Positions 20,678 to 29,195 of a stretch of DNA of 64,000 bases are shown one piece after another. The stretch is from Candidatus Latescibacterota bacterium (GTDB lineage Bacteria > Latescibacterota > UBA2968 > UBA8231): NCBI GenBank assembly GCA_964291625.2, contig OZ220089.1, forward strand, positions 2,208,001 through 2,272,000. Reading direction: 5' to 3'. The translations under genes and the position numbers were made by a program. The notes under the pieces were generated by a model. The model did not search any database, was not told the origin of the DNA, and saw nothing but the letters and a program-made list of their open reading frames with translations. Position 1 is the stretch's first letter; each line of letters starts with the position of its first letter.

Positions 20678-20855
20678 GCTCGGTGCCGTCCCGTTGGACC
20701 GTTGCGTCCCCCTGCGGAGCGGGGCGCCTCAGGGGTCCTCACGCAGGACCAGATCCAGGTTCTCCCGAGGTAGTGCTCCAGCACTTTGACACCGGTCTCG
20801 GGTGGGGTAGCTTGGCCTTGGCGCCAGCATTCCACATCACTCGGGAGCCAACCCC

Positions 20856-21014
20856 GTGATCGTCGACTGGATCACCCCCGCCCTGGTCGTCGCCGTCGGC
20901 CTGGGATTGTGGCGGTACTTCCACACGGAGCTACGCAGCTTGCGCCAGGAGATCCGCACCGAGTTGCGCCATCTCCACGACCGCCTCGACCGCCACCTGG
21001 AGGGAGACCCATGA
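20856..21014 (+). CDS. 52-aa single-TM small protein
   Basis: GGGAG RBS, GTG; MIVDWITPALVVAVGLGLWRYFHTELRSLRQEIRTELRHLHDRLDRHLEGDP; shorter than any ORF in the provided track. Confidence 0.65.
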   Translation: MIVDWITPALVVAVGLGLWRYFHTELRSLRQEIRTELRHLHDRLDRHLEGDP

Positions 21015-21068
21015 AACATCCCACCGGCGTCGACCAAGCTCGGTAAGCACATCGTCGACCTCCGCGCC

Positions 21069-21135
21069 CGGCCTCGCCGCCCTCATGGGCCCGCGAGTTC
21101 GCCTGGCTCGGACTCCTCGGCGCCGCCGCCTGTCC
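21069..21135 (+). repeat. Isolated fragment of the permease 3/6 3' region
   Basis: cggcctcgccgccctcatgggcccgcgagttcgcctggctcggactcctcggcgccgccgcctg matches about 7789-7855 and 15151-15217 with few changes. Confidence 0.85.
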
Positions 21136-21164
21136 AGATTCCCGCCGGCAGCGTGCTGTCGGCT

Positions 21165-21200
21165 CAAGGGCCGCTCTTCGGAGCGGCCCTTGCTCTTTTC
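21165..21200 (+). terminator. Rho-independent terminator, copy A
   Basis: CAAGGGCCGCTC-TTCG-GAGCGGCCCTTG then CTCTTTT; near-identical to 27376-27410. Confidence 0.8.
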
Positions 21201-21575
21201 AGGGTCCCCTGCCCAGGACCAGCTCCATGCTCTCACGGGACATCAGATCGGTCTCGGCGCCCGGCTCGAGGAAGGGGCCGACGTCGGCCTTCAGGCGATC
21301 CCAGTCCACGGTGCCCAGCCGGCCGCGGACGATCCGGCGCCAGGTGTGTTGTGCCGGACGCTCCTCCTCCCATCCGCTCTGCTGCAGCGCCTTGTCGAGC
21401 AGGACGAGGTTGGGCTCCGGCCAGTCGGGATCGCTCAGGTACCAGAGCAGGTCGTAGAAGTCGCGGCCCTTGGGCCAGGGCCGGTGCAGCACGGCGTGCA
21501 GCTTGCCCGCCAACAGCGAAGCCCGGTCGTGGTGCTGCAGCCGAAGGGTGACGTGGCGGCCGACGAGCCCTTCAC
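21199..21575 (-). pseudogene. AbiEii-type nucleotidyltransferase toxin with N-terminal half deleted
   Basis: GTG overlapping the antitoxin stop is followed, out of frame, by LVGRHVTLRLQHHDRASLLAGKLHA...KGRDFYDLLWYL; no G-G-T...S.DLD NTase motif. Confidence 0.75.
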
Positions 21576-22213
21576 AGCGTCTCGTACTCCTGCGCTTCGG
21601 CCTCGATCAGGGAGACCACGCTCCGGGCCGCGCGCATCAGCTTCGGGCTGCCGGAGCGCGCGGCCAGCCGCATCAGCTCGGCTGCATCGAGGAGGTCGAG
21701 ATTCCGCAGGCGCAACCCGTGCAGGTAGGGCAATCCGTCGCCCCCGGGTTGCAGGTGGACCAGGTCCAGCAGGGCCTTCTCCGGACTGGCCACGAAGACC
21801 TGCTGGCCATCTCCCACGTCGGCCGCCCGGTAGCCGTAGAGAAGGGCGGGGCCGAGATGGCGGAACTCGCACCGGCCCAGGGGGGTGTCCCAGCGGTTGG
21901 GCCTTCCGGTGCAGACGCTGGTGACCACCGGGCTGAACTCCGGGATCAGGTGGTGGTGGGTCAGGGCCGCCTGGCAACTCACGTAGGAACCGCTCACCAG
22001 GCGATTGGCTACCAGGAAGGGATGAGGTCTCGACTTCTGAAAAGGCGGTGCCAGGGCGTAGAGTCCCCGGCGCAGCTGGTAGAGGTGCCCGGCCCGGGTC
22101 CAGCGCGACAACTGGCGCCGCACGTCCGCCGGATCGACGGCGCCGGAGAGGAGCAAACCCGTCTCAAAGACCGGTTCCTCCCCGACGATCTCGAGCAATT
22201 GGGGGAATTTCAT
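21572..22213 (-). CDS. AbiEi-type type IV toxin-antitoxin antitoxin
   Basis: wHTH-like QLSRW...LRRGLY, SYVS...AL..H.LIPE and ASPEKALLD motifs. Confidence 0.8.
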   Translation of the reverse strand: MKFPQLLEIVGEEPVFETGLLLSGAVDPADVRRQLSRWTRAGHLYQLRRGLYALAPPFQKSRPHPFLVANRLVSGSYVSCQAALTHHHLIPEFSPVVTSVCTGRPNRWDTPLGRCEFRHLGPALLYGYRAADVGDGQQVFVASPEKALLDLVHLQPGGDGLPYLHGLRLRNLDLLDAAELMRLAARSGSPKLMRAARSVVSLIEAEAQEYETL

Positions 22214-22252
22214 GGCAGTAAAATGCCATGATTGCCCTGTTATGGCAACGGA

Positions 22253-23611
22253 TCAGAACCGCAGGGAGAACACCGTCTGCACCCCCGGTTCCGACCGCGC
22301 CGAGATCGTGCCCCGGTGCAGGCGCATGATCTGCCGGCACAGGCTCAGACCGATGCCCGAGCCTTCCTGCTTGGTGGTGAAGAAGGGGATGAAGATCCGG
22401 TCCAGGGCCTCCTCGACGATGCCGGGTCCGTTGTCGGCGACGTCGATGACGACGCGGTCGCGATCCATGGAGGCCGTCAGCTCCACCCGCGCCCCGTCAC
22501 GGCCCCCGGCGGCGTCGCAGGCGTTGCGCAGCAGGTTGATGAGCACCTGCTCCACCTGCCCGGGGTCGGCGGTCACCTCCAGGGACGCCGGCTCGACGGC
22601 GTGGACGAGCTCCACCCCCGCCTCCTGGAACTGGTGGCCCATGAGCTGGGTCACGCGCTCGAAGAGGCCGCTCACCGGGGTGATCTGGAAGTCGGGGGCC
22701 GGCACGCGCGTGAGGTCTCGGTAGGCGTCGACGAACTGCAGCAGGCCCTGCGAGCGGCGGTGGATGGTGTGCACGGCGGTGCGCACGTCGTTCACGTCCT
22801 CCCCGGCGACGGTCTCCTGCTGCAGCAAGCCCTCGGCCGTGGCGGACAGGGAGGCGATCGGCGTGATCGAGTTCATGATCTCGTGGGTGAGCACCCGGAT
22901 CAGCCGCTGCCAGGCCTCCATCTCCTGTTCCTCCAGCTCGGACTGGATGTCGTGGAGCGAGACGAGGCGGTGCTCCTCCTCTCCCGTGCGGAAGAGGGCG
23001 GCGAAGCAGGCCAGCTGGCGGACCTCCCCGTCCTCCTCCAGGCGCAGCAGGGCTTTGCGGCGCGGGCCCAGGGTGGTCAGGGTCTCCACCAGGCCGGGGC
23101 CCCGCGACTCGAGGTCGGAGACGTTGGCGAGGCGGTTGACCCGGAGCAGACGCTTGGCGGCGTTGTTGATCAGCGACACCTCGCCCTGCCGGTCGAAGGC
23201 GACGAGGCCGACGCCGATGTGCTGCACCACCATCTGCAGGTAGAGGCCCTGCTCCTCCTTCTCGGCGCGGGTCGCGCGGAAGGCGTCGAGGACCTCGTTG
23301 AAGGACCGCTTCAACTCGTCGAAGGAGGACCCGAGGCCGCCGGTGACGTAGGTCTGGGAGAAGTCGGCGTAGCGGACGGCCTGGAGAAAGCGCGCCAGGT
23401 CGCGGTTGGTGCGGTCCACGAAGCGGATCAGCGACCACACCTGGAAGGCCGCCAGCACCCCGATGACCAGGGGGATCGCCGGGTAGTCGAGGTTCCGCAG
23501 CGACAGCGGGAGCAGCATCAGGGAGAGGCCCAGGAGCAGGACGCGCATCACCACCTGGGCGCGGAAGTTGGCGAACACCGATCGTCGCCGCCGCGGCCGA
23601 TCAGAGGCCAT
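22253..23611 (-). CDS. Sensor histidine kinase (2 TM, PAS-like, HisKA/HATPase)
   Basis: VLTHEIMNSITPI (H box), QVLINLLRNA, DNGPGI, FIPFFTTK, GSGIGLSL; start overlaps the regulator stop. Confidence 0.92.
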   Translation of the reverse strand: MASDRPRRRRSVFANFRAQVVMRVLLLGLSLMLLPLSLRNLDYPAIPLVIGVLAAFQVWSLIRFVDRTNRDLARFLQAVRYADFSQTYVTGGLGSSFDELKRSFNEVLDAFRATRAEKEEQGLYLQMVVQHIGVGLVAFDRQGEVSLINNAAKRLLRVNRLANVSDLESRGPGLVETLTTLGPRRKALLRLEEDGEVRQLACFAALFRTGEEEHRLVSLHDIQSELEEQEMEAWQRLIRVLTHEIMNSITPIASLSATAEGLLQQETVAGEDVNDVRTAVHTIHRRSQGLLQFVDAYRDLTRVPAPDFQITPVSGLFERVTQLMGHQFQEAGVELVHAVEPASLEVTADPGQVEQVLINLLRNACDAAGGRDGARVELTASMDRDRVVIDVADNGPGIVEEALDRIFIPFFTTKQEGSGIGLSLCRQIMRLHRGTISARSEPGVQTVFSLRF

Positions 23612-24986
23612 ACTTCTCCATCCTCCGGTAGAGGGAGGTGCGCGTGAGGCCCAGCTCGCGGGCGGCGTGGCTGACGTTGCCCTGGTGCTTGCGCAGGACG
23701 CGCTCGATGACCACCCGCTCCACGTCCTCGAGGTTGTAGCTGTCGAAGGTCTCCGCCTCCCCCGCGGGGGCCGGTCCGGGCGCGGTGAGCAAAAAGTCGT
23801 CGGCCTCGAGGCGGGGGCCCTCGGCCATGATGACGGCGCGCTCCACGGCGTGCTGCAGCTCGCGCACGTTCCCCGGCCAGGCGTAGGCGCGCAGCTTCTC
23901 CAGGGCGCCGCCGGAGAGGCCGCGCCCGGGGCGGCCGTACTTCTTCCCGTACTGGTCGAGGTAGTGGTCCACCAGGGCCTCGATGTCGCCGGGGCGCTCG
24001 CGCAGGGGCGGGATGCGCACCTCGATGGTGTTGATGCGGTAGAGCAGGTCCTGGCGGAAGCCGCCCTCGCCGACCATGTCGTACACCGGCATGTTGGTGG
24101 CGCACAAGAGGCGCACGTCGATGGGGACCGGCTTGTTCGAGCCGACGCGCACCACCTCCCGGCTCTGCAGGCAGGTGAGCAGCTTGGCCTGCAGCGGCAA
24201 CGGCAGGTTGCCGATCTCGTCGAGGAACAGGGTGCCGCCCGAGGCGACCTCGAAGCGGCCGGCGCGGTCGGAGCGGGCATCGGTGAAGGCGCCCTTCACG
24301 TGGCCGAAGAGCTCGCTGTCGAAGAGGCTCTCGGAGACGGCGCCCATGTCGACGGAGATGAAGACCTCGCCGGCGCGCGCCGAGCGGCGGTGGATCTCCC
24401 GGGCCACCAGCTCCTTGCCGGAGCCGTTCTCGCCGAGGATGAGGACGTTGGCGTCGGTGGCCGACACCTTGGCGATGGTGTCGAAGATCTCGCGCATGGG
24501 GGGCGAGTCGCCGATGATGTCGACGAAGGGCTGGTCGAGGTCGGCGGCCAACTGGTCCTGGCGCGAGCGCAGGCCCCGGGCCTCTGACCGCGAGCTGCGC
24601 AGTTGCGCCGCCGCCGACAGGGTGGCCAGCAGCTTCTCGTTCTGCCACGGCTTGAGGACGAAGTCCACCGCCCCCTCGCGGACGGCGCGCACCGCCATCT
24701 CCACGTCGCCGTACGCGGTGATGGGGATGACCACGGACTCGGGGTCGAGCTCGTGGATCTGCTGCAGCCAGTAGAACCCCTCGCGGCCCGAGGCCGCGTC
24801 CTGGGTGTAGTTCATGTCCAGGAGCACGATGTCGGGCGGGTCGTCGCGCAGTACCGCGGGGATGGCGTGGGGATCGGCCTCGGTGCGGACCTGGTAGCCC
24901 TCCTGCTTGAGCAGCAGCCGGGCGGCGACGAGGACGTCCGGATCGTCGTCGACGATCAGGACCCTGGGCTCGGCGGCGGGCTTCAT
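23601..24986 (-). CDS. NtrC-family sigma-54 response regulator (REC-AAA+-Fis HTH)
   Basis: LIVDDD, LLDMNY, GENGSGKE, ELFGHVKGAFTDA, LFLDEIG, WPGNVREL, AARELGLTRTSLYRR. Confidence 0.95.
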   Translation of the reverse strand: MKPAAEPRVLIVDDDPDVLVAARLLLKQEGYQVRTEADPHAIPAVLRDDPPDIVLLDMNYTQDAASGREGFYWLQQIHELDPESVVIPITAYGDVEMAVRAVREGAVDFVLKPWQNEKLLATLSAAAQLRSSRSEARGLRSRQDQLAADLDQPFVDIIGDSPPMREIFDTIAKVSATDANVLILGENGSGKELVAREIHRRSARAGEVFISVDMGAVSESLFDSELFGHVKGAFTDARSDRAGRFEVASGGTLFLDEIGNLPLPLQAKLLTCLQSREVVRVGSNKPVPIDVRLLCATNMPVYDMVGEGGFRQDLLYRINTIEVRIPPLRERPGDIEALVDHYLDQYGKKYGRPGRGLSGGALEKLRAYAWPGNVRELQHAVERAVIMAEGPRLEADDFLLTAPGPAPAGEAETFDSYNLEDVERVVIERVLRKHQGNVSHAARELGLTRTSLYRRMEKYGL

Positions 24987-24999
24987 GGCAGCCTCCCGG

Positions 25000-25037
25000 T
25001 GTACGCCAACGGACACCGCGTGTATCGCCGGCGTGCA
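25000..25037 (+). promoter_or_regulatory. Putative tandem enhancer (UAS) for a sigma-54 activator
   Basis: TGTACGCCAACGGACA-ccgcg-TGTATCGCCGGCGTGCA, starting 105 bp upstream of the -24 element and 13 nt from the divergent regulator start codon. Confidence 0.7.
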
Positions 25038-25104
25038 CCTCCGTCTCTCGGGCGGTTCGGGCCAAAAGTGCTCATCTTGTTGCGCTCCAGTATCTTGGGG
25101 GAAA

Positions 25105-25120
25105 TGGCATGCATCTTGCG
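25105..25120 (+). promoter_or_regulatory. Sigma-54 (-24/-12) promoter of the adaptor/ATPase operon
   Basis: TGGCATG-CATC-TTGCG. Confidence 0.82.
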
Positions 25121-25163
25121 GTCTGCGATCGCGGAGCGTGCAACAGGAGAAACTGCAAGCATC

Positions 25164-26510
25164 ATGCCCACAACCGTTGAAATACCCCTCGCTTCGGCCC
25201 TCGTGGAAGGCGGCACCGCCGAAGGCAGCCCCGGCAGCGGCGCGTCGATGGACAGGAAGATAAGCAGGCGGAGGTGGCCCCCGCGCAGGATCGCCGGGGC
25301 CGCCGGCGCCGGGCTCTTCGCCGTCTTCGCCGCCTGGGGCCTCCTCAAGGACAGCGGCGTGCGCAAGCTCAACGTCGACCGCGACCGGCTGACGATCTCC
25401 GAGGTCGTCCACGGCCCCTTTCAGGAGTACACCCCCGTGCGCGGCACCGTGCTGCCCATCCGCACCGTCTACCTCGACGCCCTCGAGAGCGGCCAGGTGC
25501 AGCGCCTCTTCGTCGAGGAAGGGACCAACGTGAAGGAGGGCGACCCGCTCCTGCGCCTGGCCAACCCCGAGCTCGAGCTGCACGTGCTGCGGCAGGAGTC
25601 CGAGCTGCAGCGCAAGATCGAGGACCTGCGCAACGGCCGCCTGACCATGGAGCAGAACCTGCTCAGCTCCCGGCAGCGACTGATGGAGATCGAGTACCAG
25701 GCGCAGATCGACCGCCGCAACTTCGAGCGCTACAGCTCCCTGTCGCGCGAGGATCTGGCGGCGATCATGCCCCTCCAGGACTACGAGAAGCTGCGCGACA
25801 ACTACGAGTTCCAGGCCCGCAAGCTCGCCCTCACCCGCGAGACCCACCGCCAGGACTCGCTGCTGGCCGTGGACCGGGTGGTGCAGGCCCGGGCGGCGGT
25901 GGAGCGCATGGAGCGCAACCTGGAGATCATCCGCCGGCGCCTCGACGACCTCACGGTGCGCGCCCCGGTCTCCGGGCAGCTCACCGCCCTCGCCGCCGAG
26001 ATCGGCGAGAGCAAGGGGTCGGGCACCCGCCTGGGCAAGATCGACATCGTCGACGGCTTCAAGGTGAGGGCCGCCATCGACGAGCACTACATCGCCCGCG
26101 TCGACCGCGGCCAGCGCGGCCAGTTCGACCACGACGGCACCCCCCTCGGCCTCGTGATCCGCAAGGTCTACCCGGAGGTCGAGGAGGGCCGCTTCGAGGT
26201 CGACCTCGTCTTCGAGGGCGACGCGCCGGAGGGCATCCGCCGCGGCCAGACCCTGCAGATCCGCCTGGAGCTGGGCGATCTCGAGGAGGCCATGCAGGTC
26301 GCCCGGGGCGGCTTCTACCAGGCCACCGGCGGCCACTGGGCCTACGTGCTGCAGCCGGCGGGGGACCGCGCCCTGAAACGGGACATCCGCCTCGGCCGCC
26401 AGAACCCCAAGGTCTACGAGGTGCTGGAGGGACTGCAGCCCGGGGAGCGCGTCATCACCTCCGGCTACGAGAGCTTCGGCGAGGACATGGACGTCCTCGT
26501 CCTCAAGTGA
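25164..26510 (+). CDS. HlyD/MacA-family periplasmic adaptor subunit
   Basis: TM anchor, VEEGTNVKEGDPLL (lipoyl half), coiled coil, VRAPVSG, VLEGLQPGERVI; alternative start 25248 (MDRKI). Confidence 0.9.
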   Translation: MPTTVEIPLASALVEGGTAEGSPGSGASMDRKISRRRWPPRRIAGAAGAGLFAVFAAWGLLKDSGVRKLNVDRDRLTISEVVHGPFQEYTPVRGTVLPIRTVYLDALESGQVQRLFVEEGTNVKEGDPLLRLANPELELHVLRQESELQRKIEDLRNGRLTMEQNLLSSRQRLMEIEYQAQIDRRNFERYSSLSREDLAAIMPLQDYEKLRDNYEFQARKLALTRETHRQDSLLAVDRVVQARAAVERMERNLEIIRRRLDDLTVRAPVSGQLTALAAEIGESKGSGTRLGKIDIVDGFKVRAAIDEHYIARVDRGQRGQFDHDGTPLGLVIRKVYPEVEEGRFEVDLVFEGDAPEGIRRGQTLQIRLELGDLEEAMQVARGGFYQATGGHWAYVLQPAGDRALKRDIRLGRQNPKVYEVLEGLQPGERVITSGYESFGEDMDVLVLK

Positions 26511-26548
26511 CCCACGGAACCAGAACCCATACAGAGGGAGAAGAGACG

Positions 26549-27277
26549 ATGACGGACGAAAACAGCAACGGCAACGGCAGGGAGTCGCTGATCCGGACCC
26601 AGGGACTGCGCAAGCTCTTCACCACCGAGGAGGTGGAGACCACGGCCCTGGACAACGTCAACATCGAGATCCACGAGGGCGAGTTCGTGGCCATCATGGG
26701 TCCCTCGGGATGCGGCAAGTCGACGCTGCTGAACCTCCTCGGCCTGCTCGACAACCCGACGGACGGGGAGTACTGGCTGTGCGGGGAGGAGGTGGCCTCG
26801 TACTCCGAGCGCAACCGCGCCAACCTGCGCAAGGGGACGATCGGCTTCGTCTTCCAGAGCTTCAACCTCATCGACGAGCTCACCGTGTACGAGAACGTGG
26901 AACTGCCCCTGCTCTACCTGGGCCTGCCCGCCGGGGAGCGGCGGCAACGCGTCGCCGAGGCCCTCGACCAGGTGCAGATCGCCCACCGGGAGAAGCACTT
27001 CCCGCAGCAGCTCTCCGGCGGCCAGCAGCAGCGGGTGGCCGTGGCCCGCGCCGTCGTCGCCAAACCCCGGCTGATCCTCGCCGACGAGCCCACGGGCAAC
27101 CTCGACTCCCGCCACGGCGACGAGGTGATGGCCATGCTCACGGAGCTGAACGAGTCCGACACGACCATCGTCATGGTCACCCACTCGCCGGCCTACGCCG
27201 ACCACGCCCACCGGATCATCCACCTCTTCGACGGCCGCGTGGTGACCGAGAACATCATCCAGGAACGGGGGCTCTGA
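26549..27277 (+). CDS. MacB/LolD-type ABC transporter ATP-binding protein
   Basis: [40 protein letters not shown]. Confidence 0.95.
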   Translation: MTDENSNGNGRESLIRTQGLRKLFTTEEVETTALDNVNIEIHEGEFVAIMGPSGCGKSTLLNLLGLLDNPTDGEYWLCGEEVASYSERNRANLRKGTIGFVFQSFNLIDELTVYENVELPLLYLGLPAGERRQRVAEALDQVQIAHREKHFPQQLSGGQQQRVAVARAVVAKPRLILADEPTGNLDSRHGDEVMAMLTELNESDTTIVMVTHSPAYADHAHRIIHLFDGRVVTENIIQERGL

Positions 27278-27375
27278 GCCGAGAGGGCGTTGCGGCGACC
27301 GGGCCGGCCATGACTTGCCGGCCCCGGGATCGCCCGTAGATTCCTCCCGCACCCGGCGGCAGCGTGCTGTCGCCT

Positions 27376-27410
27376 CAAGGGCCGCTCTTCGGAGTGGCCC
27401 TTGCTTTTTG
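27376..27410 (+). terminator. Rho-independent terminator, copy B, ending the adaptor/ATPase operon
   Basis: CAAGGGCCGCTC-TTCG-GAGTGGCCCTTG-CTTTTT. Confidence 0.85.
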
Positions 27411-27458
27411 GTTGCGCCTGCGCAGCATGAGCAGGCCTCGCTGATCCCCTGGCTCCCT

Positions 27459-28697
27459 TTGCGAACCCTCCGATCGATTGCGCGACTCCCGGCGCTCGCC
27501 GGCACCCTGTGGGCCTGCTCGGGCACCGCATGGGCTGAAGGGCCCGCCTTGATCGACTCGCTGCTGCGCGCGAATCCCGTCTGCGCACCCTTCCTGGCCG
27601 AGGTGGAGCGGCACGAGCTGCAGATCCTCTACACCCAGATCGACCGCGGCGCCGGCAACCGGCCCCGCTTCACCCGCCACCGCTACCGGGTCGATCCCGA
27701 CGCCTACTTCTACCCCGCCAGCGCCATCAAGCTGGCCGGCGCCCTGCTGGCCCTGGAGAAGCTGAACCGCCTCGGGCTCTCCCGGGACGAGGCGGTCCGC
27801 ATCGACAGCGCCTACAGCCGCCAGAGTTCAGTGCACCAGGACTCCACCGCCCCCGGCGGGCGGCCCACCATCGCCCACTACATCCGCAAGCTCTTCGCCG
27901 TCAGCGACAACGACGCCTACAACCGCCTCTACGAGTTCCTCGGGCAGCATCGCCTGAACGAGGGCCTGTGGCAGAAGGGGTACGAGGACGCACGGTTGAC
28001 CCACCGCCTGGCGGTGGCGAGGTCCGCCGAGGAGAACCGCCGCACCAACCCCTTCACCTTCTATCGGGGAGACCAGGTCCTCCACCGCCAGCCGATGCTG
28101 GTGAATCCCCACACCTGGCGCTCCCCCGGGCCGATCCTCAAGGGAGAGGGACACATCCGCGGCGGCGAGCTGGTCGAGGCGCCGAAGGACTTCGCCGGAT
28201 CGAACTACATGTCGGTGGAGGTGCTGCAGGACCTGCTGGTGGCCGCGCTCTTCCCCGATACCCGGCCCGCCTACAGGCGCTTCGACCTGAGGGCCGACGA
28301 CCACGCCTTCCTGCACCGGTGCATGTCCATGCTGCCCCGGGAGTGCCCCCACCCGACATACGACCCGGAGAAGTACTACGACAGCTACGTGAAGTTCTTC
28401 CTCTTCGGCGACAGCAAAGACCCCATGCCCGCGAACGTGCGGATCTTCAACAAGGTGGGTCTCGCCTACGGCTACATGGTCGACAACGCCTATGTCGTCG
28501 ACCTGGAGGCGAACGTGGAGTTCCTCCTGACCGCGGTCCTGCTGGTCAACGAGAACGGGATCTTCAACGACGGGGTGTACGAGTACGACGAGGTGGGGTT
28601 CCCCTTCCTGGCCGAGCTGGGAAGGGTGATCTACGAGTACGAGTTGCAGCGCGAGCGGACGCACGCGCCCGACCTGAGCCGGTGGAGGCTGGACTGA
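27459..28697 (+). CDS. Class A beta-lactamase-like serine hydrolase, probably secreted (start uncertain)
   Basis: PASAIK (SxxK), VSDNDAYN (SDN) and NKVG (KTG-like) motifs; signal-like N-terminus. Confidence 0.75.
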   Translation: MRTLRSIARLPALAGTLWACSGTAWAEGPALIDSLLRANPVCAPFLAEVERHELQILYTQIDRGAGNRPRFTRHRYRVDPDAYFYPASAIKLAGALLALEKLNRLGLSRDEAVRIDSAYSRQSSVHQDSTAPGGRPTIAHYIRKLFAVSDNDAYNRLYEFLGQHRLNEGLWQKGYEDARLTHRLAVARSAEENRRTNPFTFYRGDQVLHRQPMLVNPHTWRSPGPILKGEGHIRGGELVEAPKDFAGSNYMSVEVLQDLLVAALFPDTRPAYRRFDLRADDHAFLHRCMSMLPRECPHPTYDPEKYYDSYVKFFLFGDSKDPMPANVRIFNKVGLAYGYMVDNAYVVDLEANVEFLLTAVLLVNENGIFNDGVYEYDEVGFPFLAELGRVIYEYELQRERTHAPDLSRWRLD

Positions 28698-28709
28698 GGC
28701 GGCGCGGGG

Positions 28710-29195
28710 CTATCCCTCCCGCAGCCCGTGCCAGTTCCCGCCTTCGAACCAGCCCATGAAATAGAGGCGGTCCTCCTCGCCGGCGATCGACTCGCCCGCA
28801 GCCTTCGCCTGCTCCCTGGCCTGACGCGCTGAATCGAGATCTCCCCTCGCCGCGTGGGCCCTGGCCAGCGCGTCGCAGGCGAAGGCCCGGTCCCAATCGG
28901 CCATCTCTTCCGGGTGGCCCTCCACCAGCTCCAGGTAGCGGCGGGCGTGGCGCAGGGCCGCCTCTCCCAACCCTGCCGCCGCATAGACGCTGGCCACGGC
29001 GAACTCGCCCCTGCCGTGGTTGGCGGCGGTCCCCACTTGCATCCAGTGCCAGCAGCTGGCGTGGGCGGCGTGGATGTGTGACTCGGCGGTCTCGGGCGTC
29101 ACCCGCCCGGCCTCCAGCGCGTCCATGGTGCGGTTGTTCAGCTCGATGCCGAACCAGCGGTGGGCGCTGTCCTGATCGAAGGGTGATTCGGCCAT
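28710..29195 (-). CDS. Hypothetical helical protein
   Basis: TGATG coupling to the upstream gene; HRWFG..LNN, IHAAHASCWHW and DWDRAFA segments. Confidence 0.7.
   Translation of the reverse strand: MAESPFDQDSAHRWFGIELNNRTMDALEAGRVTPETAESHIHAAHASCWHWMQVGTAANHGRGEFAVASVYAAAGLGEAALRHARRYLELVEGHPEEMADWDRAFACDALARAHAARGDLDSARQAREQAKAAGESIAGEEDRLYFMGWFEGGNWHGLREG

Noticed and set aside
27301-27324. Hairpin GGGCCGGC-N8-GCCGGCCC after the ATPase
   Set aside because: No U tract, and short GC stems are common by chance here; the terminator at 27376 is more convincing
27315-27458. N-terminal extension of the serine hydrolase ORF
   Set aside because: Spans the upstream terminator, so the real start is likely downstream
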